A stretch of 64,000 bases of DNA from Bradymonadia bacterium (GTDB taxonomy: Bacteria; Myxococcota_A; Bradymonadia; UBA7976; UBA1532), in NCBI GenBank assembly GCA_046290225.1, contig JBKAGE010000054.1, forward strand, positions 1 to 64,000, written 5' to 3'. The stretch's first letter is position 1, and each line of letters starts with the position of its first letter. Of the stretch, positions 18,260-26,962 are shown piece after piece. Both the position numbers and the translations under genes were made by a program. Under the pieces are notes generated by a model that worked only from the letters and a program-made list of their open reading frames with translations, did no database searches and was not told the DNA's origin.

Positions 18260-18673
18260 ATGAAGCAGTCCAACCCGCATCTGCGTCGGCAGATGCAGGC
18301 CCTCTGTGCCGAGCTTGGCCCTGAAGACGGCCAGGATCCGTACCTCTTTCATCAAGCCAACGCGCACCCCAGGCATCGGGGTGACCACAAAACACTACAG
18401 CTTTGTGGTCAGGTGGCCCGAGCCATCGATGCTGCCCTCGCCGCAGCAGAAGATCACACCTTGCACACGTGCCGGGTCGCCCGTGTGGAGCCCGCCCCCA
18501 ACGCCCGTCGGCTGCGGGCCACACTGGTCACCGAAGGCTCCGTGGAGATCGCCCGCCTGGCCCTCGACGCCGCCGAGGGCTGGCTGAGGCGAGAGGTCGC
18601 CGCCGCGGTTCATCGCCGCAAGGCCCCTCACGTGCTCTTCATGCTCCAAGCAACGATGGAGGGCGAGCGATGA
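18260..18673 (+). CDS. Ribosome-binding factor A (RbfA)-like protein
   Basis: KH-like RbfA pattern: QLCGQVARAI..D..L..CRVARVEPAPNARRLRA..AEGWLRREVAAAVHRRKAPHVLF; N-terminal extension. Confidence 0.7.
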   Translation: MKQSNPHLRRQMQALCAELGPEDGQDPYLFHQANAHPRHRGDHKTLQLCGQVARAIDAALAAAEDHTLHTCRVARVEPAPNARRLRATLVTEGSVEIARLALDAAEGWLRREVAAAVHRRKAPHVLFMLQATMEGER

Positions 18674-19762
18674 GCGCACCGATGCACACCTAGCTCTCTA
18701 CGCCTCTACACCCCGATGTGCGACACGCGCTCCAACGGATGTGCGCCGCCCCTGGCGTCACCGCTGTGGCAGTGATGCCCGACGTTCACCTCGCAGGTGA
18801 TGTCTGTGTGGGCACCGTGGTGGCCACACAGACATCACCTATACCCCGCCGCCGTCGGTGGTGACATCGGCTGTGGTGTCGCAGCCCTGCCCTTCGATGT
18901 GGATGTAGATGCCATCACACCTCGAACAGGGGCAGCCATCTTGTCTGCGCTGCAACATCTCGTGCCCATCATGCGGCACACCGAGCCACTGCCCTGGCCA
19001 CTCGATCTCGCCGAGGCACCCCCAAGCGGATGCGTCTCGATCAGGCAAGCTCGACAACAACTGGGCACGCTCGGACGAGGCAATCACTTCCTCGAGCTGC
19101 AAGCCGACGACACAGGCACGCTGTGGGTCACCGTGCACAGCGGCTCTCGGGGCCCGGGCAAGGCGATCCGGGACTTTCACGTGGGCACACGCCGGCCCTT
19201 TGATCCCATCGACGCCCGCGCTCCAGAGGGCGAAGCCTACCTCGCCGACCTGTTGTGGGCCCGTGGATACGCTCAGGCCAATCGCCACGCCATGCTCTAC
19301 GCAGCGGCGGCGGCGCTGGAGCGCGTGCTCGGCGCGACGCCAAGTGTCGAAGGCCTCATCGAGTGTGATCACAACCATGTGCAGTGCGAGGATCATCACG
19401 GTCCGTGCTGGGTGCATCGCAAAGGGGCGATCCCTGCACACGAGGGCATGCTTGGTGTGGTGCCGGGCTCCATGGGCAGCGCGACCTTCCATGTCGAAGG
19501 TCGAGGATGCAGCGACGCGCTGTGCTCCAGCGCCCACGGTGCTGGGCGCGCGCTGACCCGAACGCAGGCCCGCCAACAGATCCGGGCCCCAGATCTGGTC
19601 CACCAGATGAGAGGTGTGCTCTTCGATCCGCGCAAGGCACACCACCTTGTCGAGGAGGCCCCTGGGGCCTATCGAGACATCGAGCGGGTCATGCGGGCCC
19701 AGCGCCCCCTCGTGCGCATCCTTCGGCGGTTGAGACCCGTGCTCAGCCACAAGGGTGGCTGA
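18670..19762 (+). pseudogene. rtcB: RtcB-family RNA ligase, disrupted by an in-frame TAG (18691-18693) and a frameshift near 18826-18832
   Basis: Frame from ATG 18670 reads MSAPMHT*LSTPL...VMPDVHLAGDVCVGTVVAT and then stops; the +1 frame continues HLYPAAVGGDIGCG, GTLGRGNHFLE, HSGSRG, HNH, HRKGA, PGSMG, SSAHGAGR, EEAPGAYRDI. Confidence 0.85.
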
Positions 19763-19821
19763 AGCCATGGGGTTTGTGATTCCATGCACGGTGTTACACC
19801 ACGCACACCGGAGCGACACGC

Positions 19822-21318
19822 ATGGGTCACCCCATTTTCAACCCCCGACGCCTGCGTCGGACCCTGACTCGGGCGCTGTGCCTGAGCGCCGCCCTCACCC
19901 TCACCGCTTGTGATGATGACGACAGCGACAGTGATGGCACCGCTGGCGCTGGTGGCGGCGCTGCTGGCGCTGGCGGCGCCGCAGGCGCTGGCGGCGCTGG
20001 TGGTGAAGCCGGTATGGGCGGTGGCGCTGCTGGTATGGGCGGTGGTGCAGCCGGCATGGGCGGCATGATGGGCGGCGCCGGTGGTGAGGCCGGCATGGGC
20101 GGCGAGCCCGGCGGCATGGCCACCTTGCCCCCGAGCGGCGACTACGCCGTGAACGTCACCTTCACCGAGCTCGGCGGCCTCGTGCTGCCCTTCCGTATGG
20201 ATCTCGAATCCGACGCGGCGAACTCCACCTTCACCCGCATCGCCCTGAGGGCCACCGCCGAAGGTATGGTGAGTGATCCAATCGGCGAGGCCACCGACGT
20301 CACCGTAGCCGGCGACGGCACCTTCGTCGCCGACTTCGGCGAGGCCACCCTCCCCGGCGACTTCAGCCCCACAGGGAGCGACGTGGTCTTCAACGTGCGC
20401 TTCGAGGGTACATCCTCTGCCGATGGGATTTGCGGCCTCGTCATTGGCGAGATCACCACCCTGGGCACCCCCGTGAGCATGAGCACCTTCGGCTCGGCCC
20501 TCTACGAGGGCGACGGCACCATGGCGCCGGCTTCGTGTGATGACTCTGGCAACGTCGAAGAGTGCGAGCGACTCACGGCGGAGATGTGCCCCGATCTCAG
20601 TGGCGACACGGTGAGCATGACCAGCTGCGGGGTGGAGCGTGAGTTCAAGCTCTACCTGCCCGAGGGCCACGCTCCTGCCCAGGACTGGCCGATCATCTTC
20701 CTGTACCACGGCCTCGGCGGCAACGCCGAGGGTATGCTCGACGCCACCCAGCTCAAGGGCCTCGCCGACAGCGAGGGCTTCATTTTGATCACCCCCGAGT
20801 CACAGCAGCTGCCTGTGGAGTGGGACCAGCTCACCTTCGGCGACAACCCCGATCTGGCCTTCTTCGACGACATGGTCACCTGTGCTCAGGCGGGCCTCGG
20901 CGCCGACGCAAACCGAGTACACGTCACTGGCCTGAGCGCTGGCGGTCTCTACACGATGTACCTGTCGCTCATGCGCTCTGGCGTCATCGCCTCCGCTGCG
21001 CCCATGTCCGGCGGCTTCATCGCTGGCTACATGCAGCCCGAGCGCACCTTACCGGTGCTGGTGAGCTGGGGCGGTGAGGAAGACTTCGCCGTGGGCCAGG
21101 ACTTCCACATCCTCGCTCAGGATCTGCAAGCTGAGCTCACCACCGGCGGCCATGAATTCATGAGCTGCAACCACAACCGGGGCCATGTCTGGAACGCCGA
21201 CTTCTCCCCCTGGGTGGTGCGCTTTCTGCTCGACCACCCCCTGGGCAGTACGGCCATCAGCTACGATGGCGCCCTGCCAGAGGTGTTCCCCGAGTTCTGT
21301 CAGCTCGGCAGTCAGTGA
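19822..21318 (+). CDS. Lipoprotein with Gly/Ala/Met linker and C-terminal alpha/beta-hydrolase (LpqC/PHB-depolymerase-like esterase)
   Basis: Lipobox LTAC; AGMGGG repeats; FLYHGLGG oxyanion region, VTGLSAGG nucleophile, GGEED Asp, GHVW His. Confidence 0.8.
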   Translation: MGHPIFNPRRLRRTLTRALCLSAALTLTACDDDDSDSDGTAGAGGGAAGAGGAAGAGGAGGEAGMGGGAAGMGGGAAGMGGMMGGAGGEAGMGGEPGGMATLPPSGDYAVNVTFTELGGLVLPFRMDLESDAANSTFTRIALRATAEGMVSDPIGEATDVTVAGDGTFVADFGEATLPGDFSPTGSDVVFNVRFEGTSSADGICGLVIGEITTLGTPVSMSTFGSALYEGDGTMAPASCDDSGNVEECERLTAEMCPDLSGDTVSMTSCGVEREFKLYLPEGHAPAQDWPIIFLYHGLGGNAEGMLDATQLKGLADSEGFILITPESQQLPVEWDQLTFGDNPDLAFFDDMVTCAQAGLGADANRVHVTGLSAGGLYTMYLSLMRSGVIASAAPMSGGFIAGYMQPERTLPVLVSWGGEEDFAVGQDFHILAQDLQAELTTGGHEFMSCNHNRGHVWNADFSPWVVRFLLDHPLGSTAISYDGALPEVFPEFCQLGSQ

Positions 21319-21367
21319 GAATCTGTCTGTGATATAGCCGACCCTCACACTCCAACGAGGGTCGACC

Positions 21368-22465
21368 ATGGCGCGCTCTTCTCGAGGCACTCGAAGCCTC
21401 TCCCACCTGCGCAGATTGATGCGGCCCGATCGCCGCGACGAGACCCCGGGCCGCGCCGCGGGGCTCAACCTCTCCCGACCACCCACCGAGGCGCTGCTCC
21501 CTCTGGAGATCTGTGACTACGGTCCAGAGCATCACCATGCCTTCACCATCGCCTCCCTCGAAGAGCTGCCCGATGTCGACCCCGGCGCAGTGGTGCGGTG
21601 GATCAACCTGAACACGCCCCACGAAGACACCCTCCGCCAGTTGGGTACTCACTTCGATCTGCACCCTCTCGCCCTGGAAGACGTCCTGCACCGACCGCAG
21701 CGTATCCGCCTCGACGTCTTGCCCGACTCCGCGGACTTCATGGTGCTGCGCATGCTGTCGAAACACGGTGGAAAGCTACAGGCAGAGCAAATCAGCATAT
21801 TCATCGGCCCCACATGGCTCATCACCATCCAGGAGCACCCCGGAGATGTATGGGGCGGGGTCCGCGATCGGCTCACTCGACCCACGAGCCGCGTGCGTCA
21901 GGGGGGCGTGGGCACCCTGCTCCATGTGTTGATGGACACCATCGTCGACCACTGTTTTCCCATCGTCGACACCTATGGTGAGGCCCTCGAGGCCCTTGAA
22001 AGCGAGGCCCTCTCAAGCCATGACCCGGACGACTTGATGCTCAGGCTGCATGTGCAGCGGCGAGAGCAGAGCCTGCTGCGGCGCATGATCTGGCCCCTCA
22101 AGCCCATGCTGACTCAGTTACGTGGCCACACCTGGCCTGAAGGCAACCTCACAGCCTACTTGCAGGATGTGCACGAGCACGTGGAGCAGCTGCTCGAGCA
22201 ACTCGAGCTCGATCGCGAGACGGTGGACACACTGATGGGGCTGGTCGCTCAGCAACGGGGCGAGCGGCTCAACGAAGCCATGAAGTGGCTCGCGGTGTTG
22301 TCCTCGCTCTTCATCCCCAGCAGCTTCCTCGCTGGGGTCTTCGGCATGAACTTCAAGTATATGCCCGGTGCGGACGTGAGCTGGGGGTTCTGGGGCATGC
22401 TCGGGGTGTCGGCGACGTCGATGCTGGTGATGTTGTGGGTGCTGCGCAGGCGCCGATGGATCTGA
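21368..22465 (+). CDS. corA: Magnesium/cobalt transporter CorA
   Basis: FDLHPLALEDVL, EQISIF, AGVFGMNF signature, two C-terminal TM helices. Confidence 0.92.
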   Translation: MARSSRGTRSLSHLRRLMRPDRRDETPGRAAGLNLSRPPTEALLPLEICDYGPEHHHAFTIASLEELPDVDPGAVVRWINLNTPHEDTLRQLGTHFDLHPLALEDVLHRPQRIRLDVLPDSADFMVLRMLSKHGGKLQAEQISIFIGPTWLITIQEHPGDVWGGVRDRLTRPTSRVRQGGVGTLLHVLMDTIVDHCFPIVDTYGEALEALESEALSSHDPDDLMLRLHVQRREQSLLRRMIWPLKPMLTQLRGHTWPEGNLTAYLQDVHEHVEQLLEQLELDRETVDTLMGLVAQQRGERLNEAMKWLAVLSSLFIPSSFLAGVFGMNFKYMPGADVSWGFWGMLGVSATSMLVMLWVLRRRRWI

Positions 22466-22480
22466 AGCGTAAAAGGTCGC

Positions 22481-23611
22481 CTACTCGGGGATCGTGGCGG
22501 TGAGGCAACGGAAGTACCCCTGGAGATCCACCAGCTCGGAGGCATCGACCAGGTAGGGCACCCAGCCCTCGGCGGTGAACGTCTTCACCCACTCCCGAAC
22601 GTACGCGTCGCTCAGATCTTGCCACCCACGGACCTCTCTGAGCACCCCATCGAAGGTGGGCACCACCACCGCTTTCCGGCCATGGTGGTTCACCAACAAG
22701 CTGTTTGCTGGAGACAAGATGCCCAGCTCGTCATCAACGTGCTCACCCTCCATGGAGTAGATCACAGGGGGCATCATCGGCAGCCGCACAACTCGAATAC
22801 CCAAGGCCTTGAGGGCCCTCGCTCTGGCGTCGAGAAAATCCCGGATCTCCGCGGTGATCATGGGCCGAGAAGCGATGGCCAGGGCCCCAAGGCGAATCTC
22901 GGGCAAGATGACCACGTCATCCTCGATGGGGAGCATGAACAGATCGATGTGCCCAGTGGCCTCCCCGGGCATTGGGGGCACCACGTGCAGGTGACGCCGA
23001 GCGACCCCGAGATGCGCAGAGACCGTCTCCAAGATCTCTTCGCGCCGTCTCATCTTGAACCCAGCTCGGGCGAGGTGGGGGTCGCTGAAGGTGTTCTGGT
23101 TGTCGTAGAGGATGTTCTCGGTCATGAAGACGTGGTCGCCCACCCGCACCAGGTTCCCGTTCTCGTGGAGCAGCGGCATCAGCTCTGGTTTGGGACCATC
23201 TTCGGGAGACCACATGGCCCGCCTGGGGTTGGTAGACAAGTAGCTCACCGCCCCGAGGCTGCCGTCAGGGCGGCGCACGCTGACGGGGCTGTAGTCCCGC
23301 ATCCAGATCAACCCGGTGTCCGGGGATCCCGGCTCGTCCTCATCGACGATCTCTGCCATGACACCTTCGGAGAACGACACCACCATCTGCTCGTCGAGCA
23401 GGCTGTTCAGCGTGTACCAGAGCCCCGGGCTGAGATCCTTGAGCCCGTGGTTCACCCGCACGCCTGCCAGAGGACCGTAGTCGGGTACCGGGCCCACCCT
23501 GAAGCGCGGCGCCGGTGCTCTCTCGAGATGCGAGGCTTTCGGTGGCTCAGCGGCGGCGGTCCAGGCAAAGGCGAGGGCGGCGCAGGTCACAGAAGACATG
23601 ATGTGCTTCAT
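22481..23611 (-). CDS. Secreted agmatine/peptidyl-arginine deiminase-like pentein enzyme
   Basis: Signal peptide (AALAFAWTAAA); IWMRDY, ENGN, TGHID, C-terminal GYFRCLT catalytic Cys motif; GGGAG RBS. Confidence 0.75.
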   Translation of the reverse strand: MKHIMSSVTCAALAFAWTAAAEPPKASHLERAPAPRFRVGPVPDYGPLAGVRVNHGLKDLSPGLWYTLNSLLDEQMVVSFSEGVMAEIVDEDEPGSPDTGLIWMRDYSPVSVRRPDGSLGAVSYLSTNPRRAMWSPEDGPKPELMPLLHENGNLVRVGDHVFMTENILYDNQNTFSDPHLARAGFKMRRREEILETVSAHLGVARRHLHVVPPMPGEATGHIDLFMLPIEDDVVILPEIRLGALAIASRPMITAEIRDFLDARARALKALGIRVVRLPMMPPVIYSMEGEHVDDELGILSPANSLLVNHHGRKAVVVPTFDGVLREVRGWQDLSDAYVREWVKTFTAEGWVPYLVDASELVDLQGYFRCLTATIPE

Positions 23612-23630
23612 GAACTCCCTGAGGCTTTCT

Positions 23631-23692
23631 TCGGAGCTCAGAGCTCCGATTTCGTGGCGGGGTTGCCCCTTTTTCGGTTCTTTAAGATCCGA
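23631..23692. promoter_or_regulatory. Two TCGG-N11-CCGA palindromes (putative enhancer sites)
   Basis: TCGGAGCTCAGAGCTCCGA (23631-23649) and TCGGTTCTTTAAGATCCGA (23674-23692). Confidence 0.55.
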
Positions 23693-23727
23693 AAGGGCCC
23701 CACACGTCCGATGTGCTCAGGAGGTAT

Positions 23728-23744
23728 CGCAATGGCCGCGCCAA
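23728..23744 (-). promoter_or_regulatory. Sigma-54 -24/-12 promoter for the deiminase gene
   Basis: Minus strand TTGGCGCGGCCATTGCG = TGGCgcg-N4-TTGC with exact GG-N10-GC spacing. Confidence 0.75.
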
Positions 23745-23786
23745 GAACCTGCGCGGCGAGCGCGGTGATCTCAACGCGCTGTGTAT

Positions 23787-25250
23787 TCAGGCAGACTTGA
23801 AGTCTTCTTTTCTCAGGTGGTGCCGCTTGAGCTTCTCGAAGAGCGACCGGGGATCCATGCCAGCGTGCTCGGCCACCTCGCCCACTCTGCCCCGGTGTTG
23901 GGTCATGAGGGCCGTGAGATAGTCGCGCTCAAGGGCGTTGAGGACTTCGGCCCGCACTGAACGCCAGGGGAGATCGACGAGGCGGGCCGGCAGATGCCCT
24001 GGGCCGTCGGGCTCGGGCTCTTGCCCAGGCTCAACGAGCTGAATCTGAAGGCCGCCAGAGAAGGCGTCGGGCAGCTCTTGGAGCGAGATCTCATCCTCGG
24101 TGCACAGGAGCACTGCCCGCTCGATTACGTTGGCGAGCTCTCGTACGTTGCCGGGCCAGTCGTAATCTCGAAGGGCCTGCATGGCCTCAGGGGTGATCTG
24201 GTCGATCTCCCGCCCCAGACGACGGCAATACTGCTCAAGGTAACGCTCGGCGAGCTCGGGGATGTCTTCTTTGCGCTCTCTGAGAGGTGGCAGCGTGAGC
24301 GAGACCACGGCGAGCCGATAGAAGAGATCGCTGCGAAACCGCCGAGCCTGAGCCTCCTCGCCGAGATCTCGGTTGGTGGCGGCGAGAATGCGCACATCGA
24401 CTGGCACTTGTCGCTCGCTGCCCAGGGGCTGGATCAGCCGCTCTTGCAAAGCCCGCAGGAGTTTGGACTGCAGGTGTAGGGGCAGCTCCCCGATCTCGTC
24501 GAGGAACAACGTGCCCCCATGGGCCATCTCGAAATGCCCACGGCGGCTGCGTACGGCGCCCGTGAAGGCCCCCTTCTCGTGGCCGAACAGCTCGCTCTCC
24601 AAGATCCCTTCGGGTAAGGCGCCGCAGTTCACAGCCACGAAGGGACCACTGGCCCGGGGCCCTCCACTGTGCAGGGCCCGAGCGAGATGCTCCTTGCCCA
24701 CTCCGGTCTCGCCGAGGATGAGCAGCGAGGTGTCCGAGGACACCACCCGATGCACCATGCCCATGAACTGGCGCATGACGGGACTGCGCACGCTGAAGTC
24801 TTCGAGACGCGCGTGGCCCTCTCGGCGGGCGGTGAGCCAGGCGTCAGTGCGGTGAGCCTGCACGCGATCGAGTACACCCTTGAGCGAGATCTCGAGTTTG
24901 TCCATGGGCAGCCCCTCGGGGATGACCGCGGCGCAGCCCATCTGCAACAGGGCGGCCTGAGCCTCAGCGGCGTCGGCGCCCTCGACCTCGAGCACACACA
25001 CGACCTCTGGCGGATCAGGCAAGGCCCTCAGGGCCGCCACGTGGCTCAAGCGCTCAGCGAGTTCCGTGCCGACGTCAGCCACGCCTGCCCCTGGGCCCAC
25101 GACGGCGATGTCCAGGGCCTCGCGAGGGGCTCGGGTGGCGATCTCCCGGGGCTTGATGCCGATGACGAAGGCGTCGTTGATCTGCAAGGCCTGCTTGACG
25201 CGATCTCTGCCCTCGCCCCGGGCCATGATCACGCCCGCTCGAACCAGCAT
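23787..25250 (-). CDS. Sigma-54-dependent enhancer-binding protein (NtrC family, degenerate receiver-like N-terminus)
   Basis: GETGVGKE, ESELFGHEKGAFTGA, LFLDEIGE, RSDLFYRL, WPGNVREL, C-terminal Fis-type HTH. Confidence 0.93.
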   Translation of the reverse strand: MLVRAGVIMARGEGRDRVKQALQINDAFVIGIKPREIATRAPREALDIAVVGPGAGVADVGTELAERLSHVAALRALPDPPEVVCVLEVEGADAAEAQAALLQMGCAAVIPEGLPMDKLEISLKGVLDRVQAHRTDAWLTARREGHARLEDFSVRSPVMRQFMGMVHRVVSSDTSLLILGETGVGKEHLARALHSGGPRASGPFVAVNCGALPEGILESELFGHEKGAFTGAVRSRRGHFEMAHGGTLFLDEIGELPLHLQSKLLRALQERLIQPLGSERQVPVDVRILAATNRDLGEEAQARRFRSDLFYRLAVVSLTLPPLRERKEDIPELAERYLEQYCRRLGREIDQITPEAMQALRDYDWPGNVRELANVIERAVLLCTEDEISLQELPDAFSGGLQIQLVEPGQEPEPDGPGHLPARLVDLPWRSVRAEVLNALERDYLTALMTQHRGRVGEVAEHAGMDPRSLFEKLKRHHLRKEDFKSA

Positions 25251-25321
25251 GTACTCTGCTCCCCATAACCACAGCCTTCGGGGGCTTGTCCCCCGGTCGG
25301 AGGTCGAGGCCCGCTCGAATC

Positions 25322-25340
25322 TCGGAGGTTATACACCCGA
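25322..25340. promoter_or_regulatory. Third TCGG-N11-CCGA site (putative enhancer)
   Basis: TCGGAGGTTATACACCCGA; TCGGAGGT half-site repeated at 25297-25304. Confidence 0.5.
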
Positions 25341-25379
25341 TCTTTCGCCTGCATTTGGGAAATCTCTTCAGCAGACGTT

Positions 25380-25396
25380 CTGGCACTCATCGTGCT
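25380..25396 (+). promoter_or_regulatory. Sigma-54 -24/-12 promoter for the ATP-grasp/peptidase operon
   Basis: CTGGCACTCATCGTGCT = TGGCAC-N5-GTGC, GG-N10-GC spacing, about 55 nt before the AGGAG-preceded ATG. Confidence 0.7.
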
Positions 25397-25450
25397 CCTG
25401 GCCCCGCCGCCCCTCGCCCCGAGAGGGATGAAGTTCGTTCAGGAGCGCCC

Positions 25451-26953
25451 ATGAGCCCCCAACAGACGCCTATCCGCGACACAGAGCGCGTACAGCCCGG
25501 CCACTTCGAGCCGCCAGCCCACTACTACCCTCGCACCCTCAACGCCCAGATCCACCCGCTGGTCCGGGCTTTCATGCGATTGGGCAATGACCGCGTGGCC
25601 GCCCGCTACGTGCACCTGCACCCTGAGGTCGATCCGGCTTCGATCCGCGCGGCTCTGGCCCACCGCCCCCGACACTTCCGCTGGGGCGGCGCCGATCTGT
25701 TCCACGTGGCCACCGCAGAAGGGGTGCGTCGCATCGTGGTCATCGAGACCAACTCGTGTCCTTCAGGGCAGAAGTCGATGCCCTTGATCGACGACGGTGA
25801 CGAGCATGGTGGATACCGTAGGCTCATCGAGGGGGCGTTCTTGCCCATGCTCAAGCGTCGAGGGTTGCCCCAGGGGGGCCTGGCGGTGATCTATGACAAG
25901 AACTACACCGAGGCCTCGGGCTACGCCGCCGCCATGGCCGACGCCACCGGGGAGCCGGTGCACCTCGTGCCTTGCTTCGCCTCGGACCCCGATCTGCCGC
26001 TGAGGGTCACTGACGGGGTGATCCACTTTCGAGACGCCGAGGGAGCGTGGCGCCCGATCCGAGCGGCGCTGCGCTACGTGACCCAGCGCCCCTGGAGCAG
26101 GATCCCGCCCATCACCCGCACAGCGCTGATGAACCCCGTGGTGGTCTGCCTCGCTGGGGGTCGCAACAAGATGCTCGGCGCCAAGGCCTATGACCTGCAC
26201 AACGCTCGGCTGCGGGACTCGGGGCTGATGATCCGCACCCCAGAGACCATCTGGGACGTATCGCTCGAAGAGGTGCCCCTGTGGGTGACGCGGCTCGGCG
26301 GGGTGGCGGTGGTGAAGGTGCCTTACAGCAACGCCGGGCAAGGGGTGTACACGCTCACCTCGAGAGAAGAGCTCGAGGCCTTCATGGCCCTGCCACACCG
26401 CTACGACCGCTTCATCGTGCAGGCCCTCATCGGCAACCACGCCTGGAGCTCCCGGGGGGTGGCGGAGCACCTGTACCACGTGGGCACGATCCCCGATCGC
26501 CACAACCACATCTACGTCTCCGACTTGCGGGTGATGGTGGGTGTGGGGGTCGAGGGCTTCTTCCCCACGGCGCTCTATGCCCGCAGGGCGCGCACGCCTC
26601 TACAGAAGCAGCCCCCCCAGGCGTACGATCACACCTCGTGGTCGGTGCTGGGCACCAACTTGTCGGTGAAGCTCGGTGACGATCAGTGGGCCTCTGAGTC
26701 AGAGCGCCTGCTGCTCATGGACAGCAGGGACTTCAACCGCCTCGGTCTCGGGGTGGACGATCTCGTAGAGGCCTACGTGCAGACGGTGCTCTCGGTGAGC
26801 GCCATCGATCACATGGCGTGTGATTTGATCAACGCCAAGGGCCGCTTCCGGGCCCGATACTTCAAGGCCCTCAACCCAGACCCGGCGCTCTCGGCGGAGA
26901 TCTTGTTGCCCCCGAAGCCCATCACCGGCGGCACCCCCGCCCCTCTCTCATAG
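25451..26953 (+). CDS. Putative circularly permuted ATP-grasp ligase
   Basis: AGGAG RBS; GADLF...VIETNSCPSG (ExN) lies N-terminal to NK, VVKVPYSNAGQGVY, FIVQALI and SDLRV, which is the permuted motif order. Confidence 0.7.
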   Translation: MSPQQTPIRDTERVQPGHFEPPAHYYPRTLNAQIHPLVRAFMRLGNDRVAARYVHLHPEVDPASIRAALAHRPRHFRWGGADLFHVATAEGVRRIVVIETNSCPSGQKSMPLIDDGDEHGGYRRLIEGAFLPMLKRRGLPQGGLAVIYDKNYTEASGYAAAMADATGEPVHLVPCFASDPDLPLRVTDGVIHFRDAEGAWRPIRAALRYVTQRPWSRIPPITRTALMNPVVVCLAGGRNKMLGAKAYDLHNARLRDSGLMIRTPETIWDVSLEEVPLWVTRLGGVAVVKVPYSNAGQGVYTLTSREELEAFMALPHRYDRFIVQALIGNHAWSSRGVAEHLYHVGTIPDRHNHIYVSDLRVMVGVGVEGFFPTALYARRARTPLQKQPPQAYDHTSWSVLGTNLSVKLGDDQWASESERLLLMDSRDFNRLGLGVDDLVEAYVQTVLSVSAIDHMACDLINAKGRFRARYFKALNPDPALSAEILLPPKPITGGTPAPLS

Positions 26954-26962
26954 GAGCCCACC

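Noticed and set aside
18691..18693. TAG as pyrrolysine or programmed readthrough
   Set aside because: No pyl genes seen, TAG is used as a normal stop elsewhere in the window, and a second lesion follows
18797..19762. 321-aa ORF as an intact RtcB
   Set aside because: Its first residues are out of frame; the MPDVH region lies in another frame upstream
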